A DNA stretch of 64,000 bases from a virus (Duplodnaviria > Caudoviricetes): the IMG/VR virus record IMGVR_UViG_3300028805_002025, positions 128,001 through 192,000 of that record; one strand, written 5' to 3'. Below the pieces are notes generated by a model. The model saw only the letters and a list, made by a program, of their open reading frames with translations. It was not told the DNA's origin and did not search any database. The translations under genes were made by a program, and so were the position numbers. Of the stretch, positions 56,318-64,000 are shown one piece after another; positions within the stretch are counted from its first letter, which is position 1, and every line of letters starts with the position of its first letter.

Positions 56318-56342
56318 AACAAACAATTTTTTATATAAATAT

Positions 56343-56373
56343 TTTGTTTTTTAACTTTTTTTATATATCTTTG
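56343..56373 (+). promoter_or_regulatory. sigma-A promoter
   Basis: TTTG-N19-TATCTTTG. Confidence 0.8.
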
Positions 56374-56435
56374 CAATATGAAGCGATGACTATACAATGT
56401 AGCCTACAACTTCAATTAACTTAACAATTATTTAT

Positions 56436-59400
56436 ATGAAACAAATTACATCAGAGGTCGTTAATACTTTCCTTAACGGACATGACCCAATGGAGCACAT
56501 CATTACCATAGAATGTGACTACCAGGACGATAGGGTAAGTATTGTTTTTGTGAATGACAAAGGAGAAAAAAGGGTCAGATTGGACGATTTTAAGCCGTTT
56601 TTGTGGTGCAAAAACAGCGCAGCAATCAGATTATTTGGTGGTGACAGGAAAGAACTTATCTCTCAGATGAGAAGATATGGCATATCCTGTAAAAGACTTA
56701 CAACTTCGGATGATGGTAACGTCAGTGACCGTCTTGAGAATGGCTACAAGTACATGTTCTATGCGAACAGGAGAATGAGTTACCAGAAGTTCCTCAGCTT
56801 TTTCAAGGATGCTGGAGTGCCAGTGCATGAGTCGAAGAAAAACGGGCAAACTGGTGAAACCAACAGGGAATATATGGTGGTAACTCCAGTTGAACAGTAC
56901 ATGATTCAGACTGGTAAGAGACTGTTTAAGGGTTATGAGAATTATAATGACTTGAACAGATTTATCTTCGACCTTGAAACACAGGGACTTAACCCAAGAA
57001 TACATAGAATTGAACAGATTGGTATCCATACCAACAGAGGCTTTGATAAAATCATTTCGGTTACTGGTAATACCAAAGAGGAACTTGATGCCAGTGAGCT
57101 TAATGCAATTGACATGTTTCTTTACATATTGTCAATTACAAAGCCAGATACAGTTGTAGGTCACAACTCAGAGAACTTTGACTGGGACTTTCTTATTGTA
57201 AGATGTGAAGAGCTTGGTGCGGACTTTAAGGAAATGAGTTTAAAGTACTTCAAGCACCCTATCTACAAGAAGCAGAAAGAGTCGGTTCTTAAACTTGGTG
57301 GAGAGGTAGAGTACTATCGTCCAACAGTCATGTGGGGTCACATCATTCTTGATTCACTTCATGCTTCAAGAAGAGCACAGGCTATCGACTCTAACATGAA
57401 GAAATCAAACTTGAAATATGTTACCAAATACCTTGACTTGAAGAAGCCAAACCGTGTGTATGTTCCAGGTGACAAGATTACAAAAACTTGGGCTGTAACT
57501 GAAGAGAAATACGGCTTCTGTGACGAGGATGGAGACTGGTATTTAGTAACTGAAAAACATAAGCTTCTTCCAGGATATAAGATGGTTTCTGGTAGGTATA
57601 TAGTAGAAAGATACCTCCTAGATGACCTATGGGAAACCGATAAAGTGGAAGATAAACTTAATGAGTCTAACTTCCTGGTAGGTAAGATGTTGCCTACAAC
57701 ATTCTCTAGGGCTTGTACAATGGGTACAGCAGGTATATGGAAGCTAATTATGCTTGCGTGGGGTTATGAAAACAACCTAGCCATTCCAGCAGCAGCACCT
57801 AACAAGAGGTTCACTGGTGGTTTGTCAAGGCTTCTTAAGACTGGATATGTTGACCGTATTGTGAAGCTTGACTACAATTCCTTGTATCCATCAATTATCC
57901 TTACATGGCATGTATCTACGCCTATTGATACAATGAATGTGATGCTTTCATTCCTTGAATACATCCTAACCCAGCGCGAAAAGTATAAGAACTTGAAGGG
58001 AGAGGCTGGAGACAAGGCTAAGGAACTGGAGAAACAGTTGAAAGCATATGAGGGACAGGATGAAATGTTTAAGAAGAAGCTGGCAGAAGAGATACAGTAC
58101 TGGAAGATTGAGAAATCTGGTAACGATAAGAAACAGTTGCCTTTGAAGATTCTCGCCAACTCATTCTTCGGCTCTTATGGAGCACCTAACATATTCCCAT
58201 ATGGAGACGTTATCGCTGCTGAGAAGACCACCTGTATTGGTCGTATGTCACTGAGACTTATGATTTACCACTTCACAGGCATTGGATATACACCTATCGT
58301 GGGTGATACCGACGGTTTCAACTTCCAGATGCCAAGAGAGGAAGATTTCAGATATACAGCAGACCATCCTTATATTGGCAAGGGTCTTGGTCGTAACACT
58401 GTCAAGGGTAAGGAATATACTAGAGTTGAGGCTGATGTGGCTGAGTTTGAGGACTTGTTCATGGCACAGGCTTACAACGGTGGTGTAAACAAGATGGGTC
58501 TTGGTATCGATGAATACTGTGATGCTACCATCAATTTCGCCAGAAAGAACTATGCAGACCTTATGCCAAACGGTAAGACAAAGAAGGTGGGTAACACCAT
58601 TAAATCAAGGAAGATGTCTGGCTATCTGGAGAAATTCATTGATGACGGTGTAGACCTGTTGCTTAGAAACAATGGCTACAAGTTCTTGTCTAACTACTAC
58701 GACTATATAGAGAAGATTTACAACTATCAGATTCCTATCAAGGATATCGCTTCAAAGGGAAATATCAAGAAGACAATTAAGGATTATATAGCAGATTGTA
58801 ACACCCTTACAAAGTCTGGTAGTAAGAAATCAAGGCAGGCTTGGTATGAACTTGTAATCAAAGAAGACGTGAAGGTTAACGTGAGTGATACCATTTATTA
58901 CATCAATACTGGTACTAAGAAGGGTCATTCAGATGTTAAGCGTGTAACCCATTATTTCACATTTGATAATAATGGCGAAAAGGTAGAGATTACAAAGGAG
59001 GTCGAGAAATTATACAAGGAGCAGAAGGGTAAGACAAGACTTGAACTTGCTAAAGAAGCTTATCCGAAGGCTTACGAGGAAGATGAAATAATCCTCAACT
59101 GTAAGCTAGTTCCTAACGACATTGTGGATAGTGAAGAGGATGTGCTTTGCAGTGACTACGAGGGTCTTGAATACAATGTAGAGAAATATATTGACCAATT
59201 CAATAAGCGTATTACTCCATTGCTTGTATGCTTCCACCCAGATATTAGGAATAAGATTCTCATTACAGACCCTAAGGATAGAAAATTCTTCACGGAACAG
59301 GAATCTAAGCTTGTCAATGGCTATCCTAACAAGCCAGAAGACCAGGATACCTTCGAAGCTCTGATGACCCCAGAGAGGAAGGAAATCGAATTCTGGACAA

Positions 59401-59729
59401 GTATTAATGAAGTTCCTCCGTTCGTTAAGGAATGTAATATTGATTGGGATGGTCTCGTAGCAGACTTGAAGAAAACCAAGGAAACTGAAAATGACTATGT
59501 ATATCAGCTTGAGAATAAGAAATACCTTGATGCCCTCAATGAACTCACAGATGCAGATGTAAATGCATTTGAAGAAGATGGTAAATTACCAAGTTCTATT
59601 TCAAGTATTATGACGCTTGGTTCTGATATGAGACTCTATTTCAAGAAGATACCAGAGAGAACACCTTCAACAGGTGGATATGTATTTGATGATATAATGT
59701 ACAGCTTTATTGAAAACGCTGAAGGATAA
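56436..59729 (+). CDS. polB: family B DNA polymerase with 3'-5' exonuclease
   Basis: reads on + strand; FDLET, HNSENFD, YLLDD, DYNSLYPS, KILANSFFG, GDTDG, KNY. Confidence 0.95.
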   Translation: MKQITSEVVNTFLNGHDPMEHIITIECDYQDDRVSIVFVNDKGEKRVRLDDFKPFLWCKNSAAIRLFGGDRKELISQMRRYGISCKRLTTSDDGNVSDRLENGYKYMFYANRRMSYQKFLSFFKDAGVPVHESKKNGQTGETNREYMVVTPVEQYMIQTGKRLFKGYENYNDLNRFIFDLETQGLNPRIHRIEQIGIHTNRGFDKIISVTGNTKEELDASELNAIDMFLYILSITKPDTVVGHNSENFDWDFLIVRCEELGADFKEMSLKYFKHPIYKKQKESVLKLGGEVEYYRPTVMWGHIILDSLHASRRAQAIDSNMKKSNLKYVTKYLDLKKPNRVYVPGDKITKTWAVTEEKYGFCDEDGDWYLVTEKHKLLPGYKMVSGRYIVERYLLDDLWETDKVEDKLNESNFLVGKMLPTTFSRACTMGTAGIWKLIMLAWGYENNLAIPAAAPNKRFTGGLSRLLKTGYVDRIVKLDYNSLYPSIILTWHVSTPIDTMNVMLSFLEYILTQREKYKNLKGEAGDKAKELEKQLKAYEGQDEMFKKKLAEEIQYWKIEKSGNDKKQLPLKILANSFFGSYGAPNIFPYGDVIAAEKTTCIGRMSLRLMIYHFTGIGYTPIVGDTDGFNFQMPREEDFRYTADHPYIGKGLGRNTVKGKEYTRVEADVAEFEDLFMAQAYNGGVNKMGLGIDEYCDATINFARKNYADLMPNGKTKKVGNTIKSRKMSGYLEKFIDDGVDLLLRNNGYKFLSNYYDYIEKIYNYQIPIKDIASKGNIKKTIKDYIADCNTLTKSGSKKSRQAWYELVIKEDVKVNVSDTIYYINTGTKKGHSDVKRVTHYFTFDNNGEKVEITKEVEKLYKEQKGKTRLELAKEAYPKAYEEDEIILNCKLVPNDIVDSEEDVLCSDYEGLEYNVEKYIDQFNKRITPLLVCFHPDIRNKILITDPKDRKFFTEQESKLVNGYPNKPEDQDTFEALMTPERKEIEFWTSINEVPPFVKECNIDWDGLVADLKKTKETENDYVYQLENKKYLDALNELTDADVNAFEEDGKLPSSISSIMTLGSDMRLYFKKIPERTPSTGGYVFDDIMYSFIENAEG

Positions 59730-59766
59730 AAAAAGAGGCTAGATTGTTTCTAGCCTCTTTTTTTTT
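59728..59766. terminator. bidirectional terminator
   Basis: A6-GAGGCTAGA-TTGTT-TCTAGCCTC-T9. Confidence 0.88.
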
Positions 59767-59773
59767 AACATAT

Positions 59774-59920
59774 TTATCCTCTCACAATTCCGCAAATCAA
59801 CAATGCAATCATCATAACCATTTCCCCAAACATCATATTCCACCTACCGTCATCCATATACAGTGTATAAACCACATATGGAAACCTAGCAACACTAGTA
59901 ATTAAAACGTATTTATCCAT
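59774..59920 (-). CDS. small hydrophobic protein (not in ORF track)
   Basis: 48 aa MDKYVLITSVARFP... Confidence 0.4.
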   Translation of the reverse strand: MDKYVLITSVARFPYVVYTLYMDDGRWNMMFGEMVMMIALLICGIVRG

Positions 59921-60026
59921 TTTATTTAAAATTATTTTAGATTATAAAATCTATTTTTTAATTCGTAAAATAAATAGATGAAAAATAAAAATAGCACCAT
60001 TTCTGGTGTCATTTTTGCAAAGTTTA

Positions 60027-60203
60027 TTATCTTTTTAGTTCTTCAATCAACTTATCGGCGTATGAAACGGCAATATCAGATATTTGTTTCTTAAATATAA
60101 ATTGGAATATGAATGCCATAATACTATTTGATAATATGGCATTCATTATGTTAATAGACGCATCTATACGCACTTGATTCCAATTTATATTTTCTTTAGT
60201 CAT
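60027..60203 (-). CDS. small conserved phage protein
   Basis: INWNQVRIDASI...AVSYADKLIEELK. Confidence 0.65.
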   Translation of the reverse strand: MTKENINWNQVRIDASINIMNAILSNSIMAFIFQFIFKKQISDIAVSYADKLIEELKR

Positions 60204-60209
60204 AAGCAA

Positions 60210-61352
60210 TTACCCAATTTGTGTTATTCTAACATAACCGTTGCCAGAGTGACCAGTCTCATTACCGCCAGATGTAGATGGGAATGACGTATCACCTCCT
60301 ATGGTTTCGGCATTGGAAAGATAATACTCACTACCAAGGGCATAACCACTTGGCTTATAACTACTTGAGGTTAGGACATATCCAGAACCGCCTCCAGCAG
60401 CAGACCTTTGTGAATAACCGCCGCCGTACCAGCCGCCGCCACCACCGACGGTTCTATAGCTAGTGTTGTTAGCATATGCGCCTCCACCAATTCCAAAGTC
60501 TGCAAGTGTTCCTTGGATAGTACTGTTCTTTGTATTAGTTCCATAATAGGAATCTCCTGCTGCGCTTTGTGTACCGCCTTGTCCACCTTTAGCTCCATCA
60601 GAAACTCTATCTTCTCCATTTCCTCCTGTAGAGCCGCCGCCGAAGCCGCCGTTTAATTGGGCCGTAGAATTGTATCTACCAGCTCCGCCACCTCCGCCAG
60701 CTACTATAACTCGGCACAATAACGAATCTGTTCCAATTCTTATATCTGAAGCTCCGCCACCACTACCACCATAGTAGTTTGCTGAAGTGCCATAAGAATT
60801 ACCACCGCCATTGAAGCCTCCACTATGGAAGCCAATACTAGAAGCATCTTCTCCGCTACCGCCTACATATACGTGTACTGTAGTAGGGCTGTTTATCTCT
60901 ATAGTTCCTACAGAATAGCCTCCTTTGCCTCCAGTAGCACCTGTTATAGAACCACCTTGTGCTCCCCAACATTCAAACGTATATGTTCCTGGCTGCAAAG
61001 TAGCTGTTTGTTTAGAACCAGTATAAGTATAATTTGTTACAACAGGTTCAAATTGTCCAACGCTTATGTTATAACTGCTAGATGCATCAGCATAATTAGT
61101 ACCACCAGTAATAGATGCTGTAATTGTTGCAGAACCATTAGCAACACCAGTTACAGTTCCACTACTATTAACTGTAGCCTTGCTTGTGTCAGAAGAAGAA
61201 TAAGTTAATGTTCCATCAGATGCACCTGCTGATACTGTTGCCACATTAGTTACAGTACCACCAACACTAACAGATGTGGTTGGATTAGAAAACGTTACTG
61301 TACGACTAATTTTAGAAGAACCTTTCATTGTTCTTGTTCTTAATGTTTGCAT
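60210..61352 (-). CDS. Ig-like plus glycine-rich domain protein, probable tail fibre/adhesin component
   Basis: LTYSSSDTSKATVNSSGTVTGV (Ig-like); ECWGAQGG, GGGASDIR, VAGGGGG, GGGGGWYGG, GNGYVRI. Confidence 0.75.
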   Translation of the reverse strand: MQTLRTRTMKGSSKISRTVTFSNPTTSVSVGGTVTNVATVSAGASDGTLTYSSSDTSKATVNSSGTVTGVANGSATITASITGGTNYADASSSYNISVGQFEPVVTNYTYTGSKQTATLQPGTYTFECWGAQGGSITGATGGKGGYSVGTIEINSPTTVHVYVGGSGEDASSIGFHSGGFNGGGNSYGTSANYYGGSGGGASDIRIGTDSLLCRVIVAGGGGGAGRYNSTAQLNGGFGGGSTGGNGEDRVSDGAKGGQGGTQSAAGDSYYGTNTKNSTIQGTLADFGIGGGAYANNTSYRTVGGGGGWYGGGYSQRSAAGGGSGYVLTSSSYKPSGYALGSEYYLSNAETIGGDTSFPSTSGGNETGHSGNGYVRITQIG

Positions 61353-61381
61353 AATATGCCATATATTATTTAAATCATTAT

Positions 61382-64000
61382 TTAAATTCCTCTAACGTAT
61401 ATTTTATTGTTAACGTTTATGAAATCTACCTCAACAAATCCGTCTGCTGGTATTGATAAAGTAACGTTTGACCCACTAGGGCATACGCTTGATGTACTGT
61501 TATGCACTATAGTTACATTTCTTGCAGCAGAAGACGTAAGCATTACATGCGCTGAATGTCCTGCAACTGGCATCTTTCCTGATGCCAAACTAAGAGATGT
61601 TATATCTCCTGTTACTGTTAAAATAGTTAATGGTTTAGTACCATCGATTGTAACGGAACCAGATGTATTTCCATTATCTGAAGTTGTTGAAACAGCATAC
61701 GTAATTGCTGAATAGTTAGTATCAACGCTTCCTCCTCCAGAATCAAGGTCAGTTGCAGTAGTTGCAGTTGTGAAATGAGGTGGGGTAAGCGCATAAGTAT
61801 CTATTAATATGTTTCTTCCATATACAAGCTTTGACGCTGTTGTTGCTATAATACTCTTCTTTGCTGATACAATATTATTAAGTACAAATATACTTTGAAC
61901 AGTACCAGATGCACTAATATTTATTCCATTAACAGCAGGCTCTATAGTATTATTTCTAATTACTGCCGTTCCTAAGTCTTTTTGTATTAAAAGGAACTTA
62001 TCTTTAACTATATTACCTTCCACATATAATTCAGTAATAGCTGAAGCCGCTTCAAATAAGAATGTATCTGCTGAACTACTTTCTATATAATTATTTTTAA
62101 TATAAACGTAATCTGCTGTTACATTATTATAACTATATGTTTTTGTCTCTGCACTCGCCACATAATATGGGTAGTGACCATATCCAATAAATCTATTATT
62201 TTCAACAAATAATTTACTACATGTTAGCTTAGGCTTAGATTTTACGGTTGTATTAAGGTCAGAATCATATTCAAATGTGTTTCCCTTCATTACAATCTTC
62301 TTAAATCCAGTAATTGTATTAACAGCATTTCTTATATTATTGTTTTCTACAATAATCACCGTATTATCAATATTATAATAAGTTGGGTCAATTGATGTTG
62401 TTATAAATCTTACTAGTGTAGGCTTTTTCGTACTACCGTCCATTACATATGGCTGGTCATAAGAACAGTTATTTGAAATAACAAGAGTATCTTCTATACT
62501 ATCTTTAACCCATCCAGCTCTATCTGTTATTGTTTCAGCACCTATAGCAATAGAAGGTGTCTTCATTATATTACCACTAACTATGTGGTTGAAGTTTCCG
62601 AACTCACTTCCAGAAATTTCGTAGTCATATATGAAATTGTTTAAAATCTTATTGTTTTTACCCCTCATATATATACCAGCAGTTGTACACCCTTCAATTG
62701 TAACATATTCAGCGCATCCGTGCATATCAATTGCTGCTGGGAATCCATCCTTAATTGAATTAGCACGAATGTTTTTAACCAATATTTCTCTGCCTATTAC
62801 AGACAAATCATTATTTGCACCACCAATAGAAAGTGCGTGATTACCCCCAATGTAATCTCCACCTATAACGCTAATATTTTGACATCCACCAAAGGAAATA
62901 CCATAGCTATCAAAATCTGCGCTTTGATTTAGCGTTACATGGCATACACAATCAATTAATGACATATTATGGCAACCACTCAAAATAGAACATATTCTAA
63001 AATCAGTGACTTTAACATTTTCTATTTTTCCACAAATAGATGAATATATTACTAATCCTTGGAACTTACCATCTAATGTTGATGGGTTGTTCATTTTAAT
63101 GGTTAAATTCTTAATGTTGCAAGAAATTTGATTAAAGCCATATACTTTGCTTGAGCCTCCAAGATGTATGTATGAACCCATAAGAGGATGTCCTAATCTA
63201 AGAACATTACCTTCTATACCTCTTATAGTAGCAAATTCACATTGCTTATAAGAGCTTCTGTGAGGCGAAAAACTATATTCTGTATTATCTCTTACAGAAA
63301 CAACATCACCTGCATTAAACAAAGAACCATCCCCTACTGTTATGGTCTCATCACCTTTGTAGGCTTCAGAATTTATAGTGGTAGAAGTAAAAGTATCTTG
63401 ATTCTTTGGTTTTACAACAAACGCTTGTGCGTTAGATGTATATTGGAATTTTACTATTGCATTATTTCCGTTAATGAATATTGCTGTTTTATTATCTAAC
63501 TCCTTACTGACATACACAGATGTAGTATATTCTCCGAAAGCATATTCATATTTTGTTGGTCCATCCACATTATTTATGAACCTATGCCATGCATCAATAT
63601 CGTTATTAGCAAACCAGTTCTGGTATACTACGTCATTTTTACAAGTTCCACTAATAGTAATGCCACTACCAAATTTAACATTTCCGTAAAGGTAAGTGTT
63701 ATCTAAAACTAATGTTCCATTGTTTATACTACCACCAGCAAATTCAAAAGTACATCCAGAAGGAACTGTCACACTGCTACTTATAGCATAATCATATGAA
63801 ATTACATATACAACACTAGTAGAAGATAACATTTCAGTTGTTAAACTTCCATTATTTGGGTCCAGATACACTTTAGTTCCTTGTGTTGAGCCGCTGCCTT
63901 CTATTGTTATATTACCCTCTCCAAGTAATGATTGGTTGTTTATAGTTTTAATGTTAGTACCACTAACAAGTGTGTTTTGTTTAGTTGCTAATTTGCCATC
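61382..64000 (-). CDS. tailspike / tail fibre with beta-helix domain; 5' end outside window
   Basis: frame open to 64000, includes KQNTLVSGTNIKTINNQSLLGEGNITI; Asn/Ile-rich beta-helix repeats, AAIDMHG. Confidence 0.75.
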   Translation of the reverse strand, partial: DGKLATKQNTLVSGTNIKTINNQSLLGEGNITIEGSGSTQGTKVYLDPNNGSLTTEMLSSTSVVYVISYDYAISSSVTVPSGCTFEFAGGSINNGTLVLDNTYLYGNVKFGSGITISGTCKNDVVYQNWFANNDIDAWHRFINNVDGPTKYEYAFGEYTTSVYVSKELDNKTAIFINGNNAIVKFQYTSNAQAFVVKPKNQDTFTSTTINSEAYKGDETITVGDGSLFNAGDVVSVRDNTEYSFSPHRSSYKQCEFATIRGIEGNVLRLGHPLMGSYIHLGGSSKVYGFNQISCNIKNLTIKMNNPSTLDGKFQGLVIYSSICGKIENVKVTDFRICSILSGCHNMSLIDCVCHVTLNQSADFDSYGISFGGCQNISVIGGDYIGGNHALSIGGANNDLSVIGREILVKNIRANSIKDGFPAAIDMHGCAEYVTIEGCTTAGIYMRGKNNKILNNFIYDYEISGSEFGNFNHIVSGNIMKTPSIAIGAETITDRAGWVKDSIEDTLVISNNCSYDQPYVMDGSTKKPTLVRFITTSIDPTYYNIDNTVIIVENNNIRNAVNTITGFKKIVMKGNTFEYDSDLNTTVKSKPKLTCSKLFVENNRFIGYGHYPYYVASAETKTYSYNNVTADYVYIKNNYIESSSADTFLFEAASAITELYVEGNIVKDKFLLIQKDLGTAVIRNNTIEPAVNGINISASGTVQSIFVLNNIVSAKKSIIATTASKLVYGRNILIDTYALTPPHFTTATTATDLDSGGGSVDTNYSAITYAVSTTSDNGNTSGSVTIDGTKPLTILTVTGDITSLSLASGKMPVAGHSAHVMLTSSAARNVTIVHNSTSSVCPSGSNVTLSIPADGFVEVDFINVNNKIYVRGI

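Noticed and set aside
11585-59729. Further inteins or introns in helicase, RecA or DNA polymerase
   Set aside because: Catalytic motifs are contiguous and no C...HN-C/S/T boundaries or frame breaks are seen.
1-64000. Stop-codon reassignment (TAG to Gln) as in Lak and some crAss-like phages
   Set aside because: Genes are full length in the standard code and TAG ends nrdG, tdk and the glycosyltransferase at sensible positions.
1-64000. tRNA, rRNA, integrase or IS elements
   Set aside because: Intergenic gaps are short and AT-rich with no cloverleaf signatures seen by eye, and no recombinase or transposase motifs; a tRNA scan was not run.

Overview
This window is from a large lytic myovirus (T4-like gene repertoire, probably a jumbo phage) infecting a Bacteroidota host such as Prevotella or Bacteroides. 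The host call rests on 13 copies of the Bacteroidota sigma-A promoter (TTTG-N19/20-TAnnTTTG), AT-rich leaders without Shine-Dalgarno sequences, and Bacteroidota-type TonB receptor and tail-fibre motifs. The standard genetic code fits. Most genes are on the minus strand. Replication and nucleotide genes: family B DNA polymerase, DnaB/gp41 helicase, 5'-3' exonuclease, RecA/UvsX, gp32-like SSB, thymidine kinase, NrdD with a LAGLIDADG intein, and NrdG. Virion genes: neck, tail terminator, sheath, tube, tape measure, baseplate proteins, and tail fibre/tailspike. There are three free-standing homing endonucleases. Accessory genes: TonB-dependent receptor, UDP-galactopyranose mutase plus a two-domain glycosyltransferase, KptA/Tpt1, an ADP-ribosyltransferase-like protein, a gp88-like Cys-rich protein, and a SprT-like protease. 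Main hunting results: (1) a repeated element fusing a terminator hairpin and a host promoter; (2) one such promoter drives an ORF-less RNA of about 100 nt with its own terminator; (3) a late-promoter-like motif TATTTAT(A), the reverse complement of the T4 late promoter; (4) a homing endonuclease ending in a recoded duplicate of the sheath C-terminus; (5) a glf-glycosyltransferase pair inside the tail cluster; (6) a shared M(K/R)QP(I/V)KK N-terminus on three unrelated DNA enzymes; (7) candidate head-packaged enzymes. Note that the supplied ORF track mislabels 15521..18031 and 56436..59729, which are on the + strand. All functional calls come from motif recognition by eye; no database searches were run.
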